Source: Tubulanus polymorphus (lineage: Eukaryota > Animalia > Nemertea). Taken from it: DNA of 64,000 nucleotides. This document shows, in pieces, positions 25,801 through 39,200 of the stretch. The stretch spans positions 744,001-808,000 of the forward strand of contig NC_134032.1 of NCBI RefSeq assembly GCF_964204645.1, written 5' to 3'. The notes below the pieces were generated by a model that was not told where the DNA came from, searched no databases, and saw nothing but the letters and a program-made list of their open reading frames with translations. Within the stretch, counting starts at the first letter, position 1. Every line of letters starts with the position of its first letter. Both the position numbers and the translations under genes were made by a program.

Positions 25801-27150
25801 CAAATTTATATGTGACAATTCTATATTTAGCAGTTTGAATATCTTGAATGGTTGATAAAAGTTTTTAGTAGAATTTCAACAGATACGACCTGAATACCGG
25901 ACTCTTATAACGAGGGGTAGAAATGAGACCGAAATGATTAAAACTGGGCCACAAGACAAGATAAGGTGAATGTCGCAAGATTAGTGAATATCACTCTTAA
26001 AGCTGATAACAGAAAAACAGTTTGAAAACTTATAAGAACTAAAGCTTGGAAATTGTGTCTCAGGACCTACTTTCAAAATATTCCCGAACACCCAACACTG
26101 CCCACTTCACACCTCTGATATTATTTGTACTCTGTGGGCCATCAGTGATTAGCGACCCCCTCTTAAGTATCCTGATTCCACCCCTGCCAACTCCCCATAC
26201 ATCCCCACTCCTCCCTACCCCCCAACAAACTGTTCTCCCTCCATATGCTGGAATTTCAAATGGGCTGAATTCATTGTTCAGAGTTTGACATTTCCATTCC
26301 CGACAAAAATCTAATATAAGGCTAGCCTAATTTCAATGTTATCTTCTTTTCTTCATATCAGCTCAATATATTTCAAAGCGATTATCAGCATTGATATCGA
26401 TATTGACATCCACTTAAGTAGGGAGCATCAGATATTCTATAAGGGGTGGCTGATTTTCAGAGGGGCGGATGTGGAAATGAAAGGGGGTGGCCACAATTCT
26501 AAAAATCAACAATTAATCGCAAAATACGGCTATATCAGCCTATTTTATTATCTCAAACCTGGTGCACCACTGCAACATTCCAATACTCTTTTACTCTGTA
26601 ATCGGTACCTCAGATATGGTCAGTGGTATAAGATCTATTATACGGTTTCTGTAAGTTGATATCTGTTTTGCAGTATAGCTTATAATCAATAGATTCTTTA
26701 TCCAATCGAAAACAAGTTTATTATTTGTCGCCTGTTTTTGTTCATGTGTCTGTATTATGTCTGTATCCGTTGACGACGACCCATTTCACCAATTGTAAAA
26801 TGGCGTCCGCATCACTTTCATATCCCAATTACAGAAGACTCCTCCTAAACTCGGTTTTGGCATAATCGAGTAAAAACGAACCCAGTTTCACGAAATGGTT
26901 TAAGCATAAAACGGTTAAGTTAGAATAGTTGTCCTCATTAAAAACATGAAGTAACCAAGTACAGATTCAGGGGTAGTCTAAAGTCTAATCGCCTAAAATT
27001 GAACGGGATTCCGACATTTCCATCAAATCAAAAGAGTTTCAGGCACGTTTCAAAAGCATTTTTTCATTTTAAAAGGAGCTTTTAAGGAATCAATGAGTCT
27101 TAGTCTTAAGCGTGTGTGGTACATTGAAAGTAGAAGCATTTTGGTATATT

Positions 27151-27249
<99 letters not shown>

Positions 27250-30200
27250 ATGGTATATATAGAGGACGCAGGTACCTGCAAACACCGCCGATATATCCAG
27301 ATGGTTTATTCCGACACCGGTCAAATTAGGACCGTTAAACCCGACAGCCAGCGTTAAAATCAAAACCGCCTCCTGGGCGTTGCATCTAACAAACGACAGT
27401 CCGACTAGACATACTGCCGGCAGTCCGAGTCCTACAAATAGTGCGTGAATGTACTAGATATTAGACACTTTTAATCACTCAAACTCCCTGAATTCAGTTC
27501 CACAGTTTTGAGTTCACTGGATCCTGAGTTCAGATTTAACTCTAACTCACAACTGTGGAACTGGATCCTGAGTTCAGAGGTAACTCTAACTCACAACTGT
27601 GGAACTGGATCCTGAGTTCAGATTTAACTCAAACTCACAACTGTGGAACTGGATCCTGAGTTCACAGTTAACTCTGACTCATAACTGTGGAACTCGATCC
27701 TGAGTTCAGAGTTAACACAAACTCACAACTGTGTAACTGGATCCTGAGTTCACAGTTAATTCTGACTCACAACTGTGGAACTAGATCATCCTGAGTTCGG
27801 AGTTAACTCATTAAGTAAAACTCACAACCGTGGAACTAGATGCCAGTCTCTACGAAACAGTTTTAGTTTTAACCCTGGTTTCCGAGAATGAAATCAGAAA
27901 ATTACTTTCGAAGCTGGTTTAAGGTAATCAGTGGCAGTCGGATGGCGCGCTGGATCCGCACCTGATACGGGCGCGTGGCATACAGGTACCGGCACCTGGC
28001 ACGCGGTTAAGTACCTGCGTAAACCGCCGCGATATCTAGATGATTGACCGCAGCTGATGCTATCGTGGCACTGTTCAAACTGACGGCGAGAGTTAAAACC
28101 AAAACTGCTTCCGTAGTGTTACATTTTACGAACGAAAGTCCGATCAGACAAAAAACAGGCAGTCCGAGTCCTACAAATAGTTAAATATGTTGTTATTGTT
28201 ATGGCGCCGGTTCAGCCCATGTAGCTTGACTCCGGGCCAGTACTAAACGTGGTTTACATGCGTCTATAAAGTAGGCATCGATCTGCAGCCTGGAGCCACC
28301 CCACCTCTTCAGCCTAGGAGCAAATATCCTTCCGCTTGAGCCTGGAGCCACCCCGTCCCTTCATTCATGATGGAGCTAAGCCTTCTCTTCAGTCCGGGAT
28401 CAATTATCGCTCCCCTTTAGCCTGGAGCTACCCCTTTCCCTTTAATCAACCTGGAGCCACCCCGCTTCAGTCTGGAAGCTCCATCCAATCTTAGTCTGGA
28501 GCCAACCCTCCACTTCAGCCTGGAAGCAGCTATCACTCTTCCGCGTGGAGCCAACCCACTTAAGTCTGGAAGCTCCATCTACCCTCTTAGCCTGGAGCCA
28601 ACCCTCCTCTTCAGCCTGGAAGCAACTATCACTCCTCCGCGTGGAGCCAACCAATCGGAAGAGTGGACATTGCGATTAGTGGTCATGTGCTCGGGGCTAT
28701 TTGCATATATCAGGTGACCACCTTCAGCCAATCAGAAGTTAGGTTTAGGGTTAGCTGTTCCTAGGAGGGATGATGTGTCTGTTTACGAACAGTGACTTCA
28801 AGATCAAGGTGGCTGATCGCGAAAAAATAATCATCTGCAAAAATGTGATTGTAATCTGAGTCGAAAAAATGAGACAAGAAGGTTGTGTCTGCTTTATAGA
28901 ATAGCTAAAGAGGTTATAGTGCGTTTCTAGTTCATGCTATACCTGCGAATACGGCTGATATGTCTAAATGATTGATACTATAACCGGCCATATTGAATCC
29001 GTTCAAACCGACGGCCAGGGTCAACACTAAAACGGCGTGCTGAGAATCGCATATGATAAACGACATCCCCACGAGACAGACGCCCGGCAGACCGAGCCCT
29101 GAAAAATTCAAATTGGTTTTTGAAACGGGAAGTTCCATTCCTGTGCTCGATTCGCAGGTTTGAAGACGAAATGGCCGATTAAAACAGTGTCCCTACAGAT
29201 CAGTCATAAATTTTTAATTTTTTTCTAATTTCAAGGAGAAAATTTCAAATCCTGAGGAAGCGTCTGCGTCACTTTCATATCTCAATTACAGAAGACTCGC
29301 TCCTAAATCAGTACAGTTTATCAGTAAACCATTACTTCAGTGGTTTTGTAAACAAATTTCATTCCACATACTTTCTAAACTCAGTTAGCCTAATAATTTT
29401 GTAACCGCCCAATTGGGTTATAACAAATCCAGGTCCCAATTGTACCGATTTAGGTGTAGTCAACTGTACATCTAAAAACTAGATAAAAAATTTCTAATTG
29501 CTTTTAAATTCTCAAAATTTAATGAGTTTTAAAGGAATTTCGTGCATTTCTTTTAAATCAAAGGAGTTTCAAGCTATCTTAAACCCCATCCGGTGTCACT
29601 TTATCCGTCGAATAATATATCCCTAAAAATTTTTGCGTGCATTTTCAATTTTGTGCCGGTTTCGAATTCGATTGAGATCGTAAAGATGTGCTTTAAAAAT
29701 CATACGAAAACGGGTACACACGTAAAGCTAAGCTTCGATCGGCCGGTTTTTATTCGGCTAGTCCGGCGGTCGTATACCTGCGAATACGGCCGAAACGTCT
29801 AAATGGTTTATACTATAACCGGCCATATTGAATCCGTTTAAACCGACGGCCAGAGTCAATACTAAAACGGCGTGCTGAGAATCGCATATAATAAACGACA
29901 TCCCCACGAGGCAGATGCCCGGCAGACCGAGCCCTGAAAAATTCAAATCGTTCGTAAAATTGCGGAAGTTCCGTTCGTACGCTTGATTCGCTGATTTGAA
30001 GACACGATTGCCGATTAAACCTTCACCGCCATCTGTCATTTTCCGCACCCTTCAATACCATTATAACTTTTCCATCCCTAACTAAGGCATCAACCACATA
30101 GAACAGGCAATAGGCTGATCAAAAGTAGGTAAGCGCCGATCATCATAACCATTGACACATTGTTATCACATTGATGGTGGATCTATAACTCCCTGTTTTA

Positions 30201-33200
30201 AGCAAATGTATTTTCCTATGACAATCAGGCATAGCCTGAAGTTCGGATGAAAAATTATATTCTGAGGCCCTTACCGATTACCTAAACCCGTTCCCGAGCC
30301 AGAGAAAAAAAGGCAACAAATTTCCAGAGCGATGGTTCCCACAGTTACGTGAATTAAAAATTCCCAAGTTTTTCATGGGTGATTTTTCAGTTTTTCCAAA
30401 TGGAAATGAACGCGTACCAGTCATGCTACAGTCAATATTTCAGTGGTGACTGGGTGATAAAGGTGATCTCAAGGGAAATCTCTGAAGAAAATGACAAATG
30501 AAATGTAAAATGTAGATGAATTTCCCAAATATTTCCCAGATTAGGGGAACATTTTTCAAATTCCCAAATATTTCCAAACTGGGAATCATTATTTCAAAAT
30601 TCCCAAGTTTGTCCCCAATTTTTCCTGTTCTGCGGGAACCATGCATAGCTTTTCCGACGGCCTGGATAAAATTCCCATTTTCCAAAACTTCCGCTAGAAC
30701 CCGCGAGTCTTTTGGACGAATCTGTCGCTGCAACGACCGAAAGATTCTCGATATTGTCCGCGAAGGTTTCGACAATCGAATTCGATTTCGTAAAGACGTG
30801 CTTTAAAAATCGTACGAAAATGGGTACACGCGTAAAGCTAAGCTTCGGTCGGTCGGTTTTCAAGCTCGTGTATATGAATAGCCATAAAAGCGATAACACT
30901 AAAAACCTCATTTTCTAATGAGTAAATACTGTTAATTAACACGATCCGTTTTCGGGATCATATCCCCTCATCGGGTGAAATACAAGTGAATCAAATGATT
31001 AAACTACAGGGCTGGGTTTCATAGATGTGGAAGAAAGATAGTCCCTTGGAACATTTTGAAATTTGTCAGTTATTACCATAGTTTCTCATTGTTACTATGG
31101 TGGTTGTCATCCAGATTGACGATTTACCCCTAGGGATAACTTTAATACTCAGTCTATGAAACCGGGCCCAGGTTTATATACAACATACAGTTACAAAATT
31201 ACAAGTGCTAAATTCTAAGCTAATAACAAACCAAGTATTTAATTACAAGCTAATTATTTGAATACATTTAGGATAAAGGATGAGCCGTTTTGGAATAATT
31301 GTTGATTTAAAGAGGGTCGTTGCGCTTTAATAAAAATAAATTTAAATAAATAAATTTTTTAGTGTTAACGCTTCTATGGTTATTCAGATACTCGAACTCT
31401 CTTCCTAAGATCGTGTAGTGTACCTGCGTAGACCGCCGAGATGTCTAAATGGTTTATGCTATAACCGGCCATGATAAATCCGTTCAAACCGACGGCCGCC
31501 GATAAAACTATAACCGCCTGCTCAGAACCGCATACTATAAACGACATCCCTATAAGACACCCGGCGGCCAAATCTTGGCCTGAAAAAATTCAAGTCAGTC
31601 GAAATCAGCGTAATCACCACCTGCGGTACTTAGCCGTTGACGCTGAAATTTTTAGATTACCGCCGCCATTTTGGTTCAACAAAAAAAAAAAAACATTTAA
31701 ATACTTATACGAGATGGGGGGAAACACTTAAAATAGAAAACACCATGACAGATACTGAAAAAGATTAAAAACTGCAGCGGCCGGTTTCACAAAGCTTAAT
31801 TAACCTTTAATTATGATTAAACCACTAATCATGATTAAATTATCACAATTAAATAAAGTTATGTGTTTCACAAAATGTAATTATCTTAAATTATGATTAA
31901 GTTAAGTTCCTCTAGAGTGTCAATTAAATCGTATAATCGTTATTAACTAATCACGCTTAAGGAAATTTAATTATGATTTAGGTCCTAATTTTGATTAAAG
32001 TTGATTATGCTTTGCGAAACCGGCCCCCGAGGGATGTATCCAGTACTGGGAACTGTGGATCTAGGCCACATGGCTTGTAGCAGTACGGCTAGAGTGCAAA
32101 ACTGAGCACTTTTCTGCACTTACAGCGCGGAAAAAGTAGTGTCAACTTTAAGACTAGTCTTAAGACCTTAGACTTAACACCATCCTATTTCTATAGCTTA
32201 TCTAACAACTTAAGTTCAGTCCCAAGATTTAAGACCACTTTTGGTACTAAGTCTCGACTATGGAATTGACCTCAGGGGCCGGTTCCTCAGTTGAGACTTA
32301 AGTCCAAAAATGGTCTTAAATTTTAAGACTGGTCGTTAGATTGGCTATAGAACTAAGATGGTCTTAAATTGGTCTTAAGCCTAAGCCATGAATATGAAAC
32401 TGGGCCCAGGGGTCGGTTCCATAGTCATGACTTAGACTTAAGACCAGTCTAAGACCAACTTAGTTCTACATCCAATCTATCAACTTAAAACCAGTCTTAA
32501 GATTTAAGACAACTTTCGAACTTAAGTCACAACTGTGCAACCAGTCCAGTTGCAAAGTCGTGACTTAAGTCCAATAGTGGTCGTAAATCTTAAGACTGGT
32601 CTTAAGTTGTTAGATTGGCTACAGAACCAAAATGAGCTTAGACTGGTCTTAAGTTGTTAGATTGGTTATAGAACCATAATGAGCTTAGACTGGTCTTAAG
32701 TTGTTAGATTGGCTATAGAACCAAAATGAGTTTAGACTGGTCTTAAGTTGTTAGATTGGTTGTAGAACCATAATGAGCTTAGACTGGTCTTAAGTTGTTA
32801 GATTGGCTATAGAACCAAAATGAGTTTAGACTGGTCTTAAGTTGTTAGATTGGTTGTAGAACCATAATGAGCTTAGACTGGTCTTAAGTTGTTAGATTGG
32901 CTATAGAACCAAAATGAGTTTAGACTGGTCTTTAGTTGTTAGATTGGCTATAGAACCAAAATGAGTTTAGACTGGTTTTAAGTTGTTAGATTGGTTGTAG
33001 AACCATAATGAGCTTAGACTGGTCTTTAGTTGTTAGATTGGCTATAGAACTAAGTTGGTCTTAGACTGGTCTTAAGTTGTTAGATTGGTTATAGAACCAA
33101 AATGAGCTTAGACTGGTCTTAAGTTGTTAGATTGGTTATAGAACCAAAATGAGTTTAGACTGGTTTTAAGTTGTTAGATTGGTTATAGAACCAAAATGAG

Positions 33201-36200
33201 TTTAGACTGGTTTTAAGTTGTTAGATTGGTTATAGAACCAAAATGAGTTTAGACTGGTCTTAAGTTGTTAGATTGGTTATAGAACCAAAATGAGTTTAGA
33301 CTGGTTTTAAGTTGTTAGATTGGTTATAGAACCAAAATGAGCTTAGACTGGTCTTAAGTTGTTAGATTGGTTATAGAACTAAGTTGGTCTTAGACAGGTC
33401 TTAATTCTAAGCCATGACTATGCAACCGGTCCCTGGGGCCTTACCAAAAACGTAGCACTAGAGATAGACTCACTACAAGCCATGTAAAACACAACATCGA
33501 TGACACAAACATTCAGCGAATCCAAACGAACAAATCCTCTCCGTTTTCAATCATACCCGCGAAAACAGGCGAAAGGTCAAGGTGATTCACCATATACCCG
33601 ACCATCGCGAAGCCGTTCAACGCGACGTTCAAAACGACGAACACTAGCGCCACCTGTTGATCGCACGGGATATACCCGACCGCGATGAGGAACACGACCG
33701 GCAGGGTCAGACCTAACGTCGAATATATATCAGACAGTTATTAATATCGATGAATTCATGATCGCGAAAAACAGGGTTTGTAGTTTGTCAGACGCTTTCA
33801 CTAAAGTATCTAGGCTTCTCCGAAGGAGATGAATGTGAAATTGTAATCGGGCATCTATTTTGAAAACGACAGATTTGGCAACGTGAGGGGTGCAAGTATA
33901 ACATTAGTGGGGTTCGGGTGGTCCTCCAAACGAAATACAGGGGCTTAACTGGCCTTCATCAGGGTCTATTTTTTTGAAAATTTCATCTGGTCAAAAAGAA
34001 ATTGCAGACTTTTTGGAGAGCGCTTTTGAATTTATGACGGCCCCCGTTAAAGTAATCAGAAATGGCCGCCTATTTCAAGTTTGTCCAAAAGTATCACTTT
34101 TTCGGGAAAGTATCGACGTACCACAAACCCTGCCTTTTTCTTTTTGACGTATCATTTTAGACTGGATTTAAAGGTGGTTGTAGAATTCACCTGAAATATT
34201 TCTAGTATTGGTAATAAACATTTTCAACAATTACGATATTTCAAATTGTTTCTACTCCTCTGATTCAGAATGCTGCGTAAATTCGATGAATTTGAACACT
34301 TACCTAAAGTGTTGAATATTTTGCGTACTGTAGTCGTCGATAAGATGCCTTTAAATCGTAAATAATCGGCGATTTGTCCGGAACAAATCGCCAACACCCA
34401 GAACACTAAATACGGTACAGCCGATAGAAAACTATTCTGAAAATATACACGACATAACACGCTGTCATAGGGGGATTTATGCGGGTAGCCATCGTTTCTA
34501 GATCTGTGATGATGTCATAGGGGGATTTATAGAGGTAGCCATCGTTTCTAGATGATTCTAGATCTGTGATGATGTCATAGGGGGATTTATGGAGGTAGCC
34601 ATCGTTTCTAGATAGTTCTAGATTTGGGATGATGTCATAGGGGGATTTATGGAGGTAGCCATCGTTTCTAGATGATTCTAGATTTGTGATGATGTCATAA
34701 GGGGATTTATTATAGAGGTAGCCATCATTTCTTGATAGTTCTAGATCTGTGATGATGTCATAGGGGGATTTATGGAGGTAGCCATCATTTCTAGATAGTT
34801 CTAGATCTGTGATGATGTCATAGGGGGATTTATGGAGGTAGCCATCATTTCTAGATAGTTCTAGATCTGTGATGATGTCATAAGGGGATTTATAGAGGTA
34901 GCCATCGTTTCTAGATAGTTGTAGATCTGTGATGATGTCATAAGGGGATTTATTATAGAGGTAGCCATCATTTCTTGATAGTTCTAGATCTGTGATGATG
35001 TCATAGGGGGATTTATGGAGGTAGCCATCATTTCTAGATAGTTCTAGATCTGTGATGATGTCATAGGGGGATTTATAGAGGTAGCCATCGTTTCTAGATA
35101 GTTGTAGATCTGTGATGATGTCATAAGGGGATTTATTATAGAGGTAGCCATCATTTCTAGATAGTTGTAGATCTGTGATGATGTCATAGGGGGATTTATA
35201 GAGGTAGCCATCGTTTCTAGATAGTTGTAGATCTGTGATGATGTCATAAGGGGATTTATTATAGAGGTAGCCATCATTTCTTGATAGTTCTAGATCTGTG
35301 ATGATGTCATAGGGGGATTTATGGAGGTAGCCATCATTTCTAGATAGTTGTAGATCTGTGATGATGTCATAGGGGGATTTATTATAGAGGTAGCCATCAT
35401 TTCTAGATAGTTGTAGATCTGTGATGATGTCATAGGGGGATTATAGAGGTAGCCATCGTTTCTAGATAGTTCTAGATCTGTGATGATGTCATAAGGGGGT
35501 TTATGGAGGCCGCCATCAGTTCTGTTAATCACAAGTAGGCAAGCGGTACTGATAAATTGATGTCATAGGGAGATGTGCGAGTGCAGACATTTTTTCTTTC
35601 TGGAAGTGCGTAGAGGTTACTAGATGATGTCATAGGGGGATTTATGGAAGCAGAAATCTCTACTGTAAAGTTGTAGATCTTCATAATGATGTAGTAGGGC
35701 GATCTATGGAGGCAACCATCTTTTTTGTAGAGTTCCTTAAATGATGTCATTAGGGGGATTTTTGAAGGCAACCATCATTTTCAGAACGTATACGGGAGGT
35801 ATTTGATGATGTCATAGGGGGATAGATACTGACCTTTTTGATATCGAAATGAAGCACCTCTTTCATGTAGGTCGGGAGACAAGTCAACAGCGTATAAAAT
35901 CCCCAGTTGTTGCACATGTGCGTGACCAGTATCGCGTAATTCGGCATCGATTTGAATATATCCTTCCACGGTGGATGAGTGTACTGTGGAAATGAAAATA
36001 GATTTCAATATATCCTTCCACAGTGGATGAGTGTACTGTGGAGACAAAAATAAATTTCAATATATCCTTCCACAGTGGATGAGTATACTGTGGAAACAAA
36101 AATAGATTTCAATATATCCTTCCATGGTGGATGAGATTTAAAATCAATCTAATTTCTAGAAAAAATTCTTTAAATCAATCTTATTTCATTTTATTCAATT

Positions 36201-39200
36201 GATATCAATCGAAGATGAATTGAGAATTTTAAAAATTCCACGCCGGATGTTGAAAAGTAGGCATACCACGTAAGTGTGTCTACACCGCAGTGCGATGTAT
36301 CGTTAGTTACTAATATTTGACTGTTTGAGACAGGTGCTTCGTGCATCTTTCATTAGAGAAAAAAACTGATTACTAATTACATCGATAAACCACAATGCGG
36401 TGTACTAGCAACGTCCATGACCGATTTATACACCGCACTGCGGTGTAGACACACTGAACCATATTGATTCCCCTAAACTATCTAAACCTAACTGTAAGGT
36501 GCCGTATATTTATGCAATGCATCACTGATTATATACACCGCACTGCAGTGTAGACACACTGAACCCAAACTATCTAAACCTGTGTGGTGCCATATACTTA
36601 TACAGTGCATCACCGATTTACACACCGCACTGTGGTGTAGATAGACACAGTGCAAGGGTTTGAAATGGTTGAGGTATTCGACTGAAGGCGCCATCAATTG
36701 TTTTACCTTTTTTCCGTCGATGTGTCCCAGCGTCGATTCGATGTAGTGCTTCTCTTCGGCGGTGATAGTAGGGTGGCTCGCGGGGGTATCGTGTATCAGA
36801 ATGAACCACACGAGACACCATACGCAGCTGACTGACCCGAAAATATAGAACACGGACGGCCAGCCTCCGTCGAACCCGTATTGACATAGTAAACCGGATA
36901 GAGGCATCGACACTACCGTACCCATATGAGCTCCTACAAATAAACAAAACTTACAGCTACGCTTGATGATGTCATAGGGAGATTTATAGAGGCAGACATC
37001 TTTTCTACATTTCTAGAAGTGTCTATAGATAGACAATTTGATGATGTCATAGAGAGATAAATGGAGGCAGACATCTTTTCTAGAAGTTTCCATAGATCAA
37101 ATCACTAGAAGACAATTTGATGATGTCATAGGGGGATTTACGGAGGCAGACATCTTTTCTGGAAGTGTTTACAGATCGAATCAATTTCAGAAAATCTGAT
37201 GATGTCATAGGGAGATTAATGGAGGCAGACATCTTTTCTAGAAGGGTTTACTGATCAAATCAATTTGAGAAAATCTGATGATGTCATAGGGAGATTAATG
37301 GAGGCAGACATCTTTTACAGGAGTGTCTATAGATCAAATCACTAGTAGACAATTTCATGATGTCATAGGGGGATTTATGGAGGCAGACATCTTTCTACAA
37401 ATACAAACTCATACACTTGATGATGTCTTAGGGGGATTTATGGAGGAAGACATCTTTTCTAGAAGTGTTTACACAAATCGTTAGAAATTACATTAGAGAT
37501 TATCGCGAGGCGGACATCTTTTTTATTCGAAACGTCTTGATGTCATAGGGGGATTCAATCGGAGCAATTACGGAATATCTTTTTGCGATTATGAATTTTG
37601 CGACATCATAGGGGGATCTACGGAAGCGGCCATCTTGTTCTGCTTCGTACTTACCGGAATACGTAATACTGCCTAGTTTACTTCTCTCTAAAGGTGGCGC
37701 CCATCGACCCCAAATCGCGTGCATCGCCGGGAATGTAACCCCCTGAAAAATGATAAAATTACTTTAAAACACGAACAGTTCAGGAAGGTCATAAATCGTT
37801 CCTAAAATTTTTTTTAGATTTTGAGATTTCGATATTTTTAAAAATATTTCTACCTCGCCAATGCCTTCCAGGATGCGCACGACGACTAGGAGTATCCAGC
37901 TAGTCCTAGCGGCGATCGGGGTGACTAGCGTCAACACGCTAGTGCACAGTACGCCGGCACCGAACGGTATTTTACCGCCGTACTTTTCGGCGATCCAACC
38001 GCCGGGAATCTGAGTGAGTATGTACCCGTAGAAAAACGAGCCCAATATGATGCCCTGCATCTCGGGCGTCCAGTTGAACTCTCCTTGCTGCAAAACAAAA
38101 ATCAACCCTAATTAATGCCCTAAAGTGCTGGAGATCGAATCCGAATCTAAAAAATTCAATCCCAATCGTTTGTCTAACGGGTATAACGCTTAAGTGCGTC
38201 TTCACCGTGGTGCCGCGTAACGTCAGTTACTTATATTAATCTGCGTATCGCGGTGCTGCCACCTTTTGATAGATATAAACAAACTGATAACTATTTACAT
38301 ATCAATACACGGTGACGCGATGCATTAGCTAGCGATGCGGTGTAAATCACTGATTCATACACCGCACTGAAAGGATTAATTGATAATGAAGACATTTTGT
38401 AATGTATTATTGGAGATAACTATTGAATAACCATACTTAGATTGATTTGAATAGTATTCCGAACATTTGATAGTAGTTCTGATTATTTGATAATAACTAT
38501 CAAATAATCAGAACTACTCAGAATCAGAATTGCTAACCATCAGAAACTATTGCTAACTATCAGAAACTAATGCTAACTATCAGAAACTATTGCTAACTAT
38601 CAGAAACTAATGCTAACTTTCAGAAACTATTGCAAACTATCAGAATCAGAATTGCTAACCATCAGAAACTATTGCTAACTATCAGAAACTAATGCTAACT
38701 TTCAGAAACTATTGCTAACTATCAGAAACTATTGCTAACTATCAGAAACTATTGCAAACTATCAGAAATTATTGCTAACTATCAGAAACGATTGCTAACT
38801 ATCAGAAACTATTGCTAACTATCAGAAACTATTGCAAACCACGCGAGGCCCTTGTCAGAACCTGTTTAAACAGATTTTGGAAACGTTTTGACAATCGGTC
38901 GTAGAATAAAGGATTAGTTACCGTTGTAGGGGGCGCCGGCGTAGTCGTATTATCGGTTATCTCGTGAGGACATTCGCTGGTCTCGTTGGCGTGCGACTCG
39001 GCTGTTAGATTGACCATCGCGACGAGCGCCACGCTCAAATTCACCCGCAAACAATAAACGAAGAAAAACCCGAGAAATGACATCCCGCACAGAATGTGAC
39101 GCTTCAAAATAGACGGACATCCTGGAAAAATTGACAGCAGGTGATATTACATGCCAATTGGCTAATTGACCCATGTGCACTGAGGTGCACCACTTAGAAA

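Noticed and set aside
27090-27357. IYIYIY ORFs (also within 51480-52046)
   Set aside because: Translations of (TA)n microsatellites in introns.
27276-33712. Interpretation as six tandem SLC17 genes or decayed pseudo-exons
   Set aside because: All other exons are single copy, and all six copies keep length, frame and splice sites.
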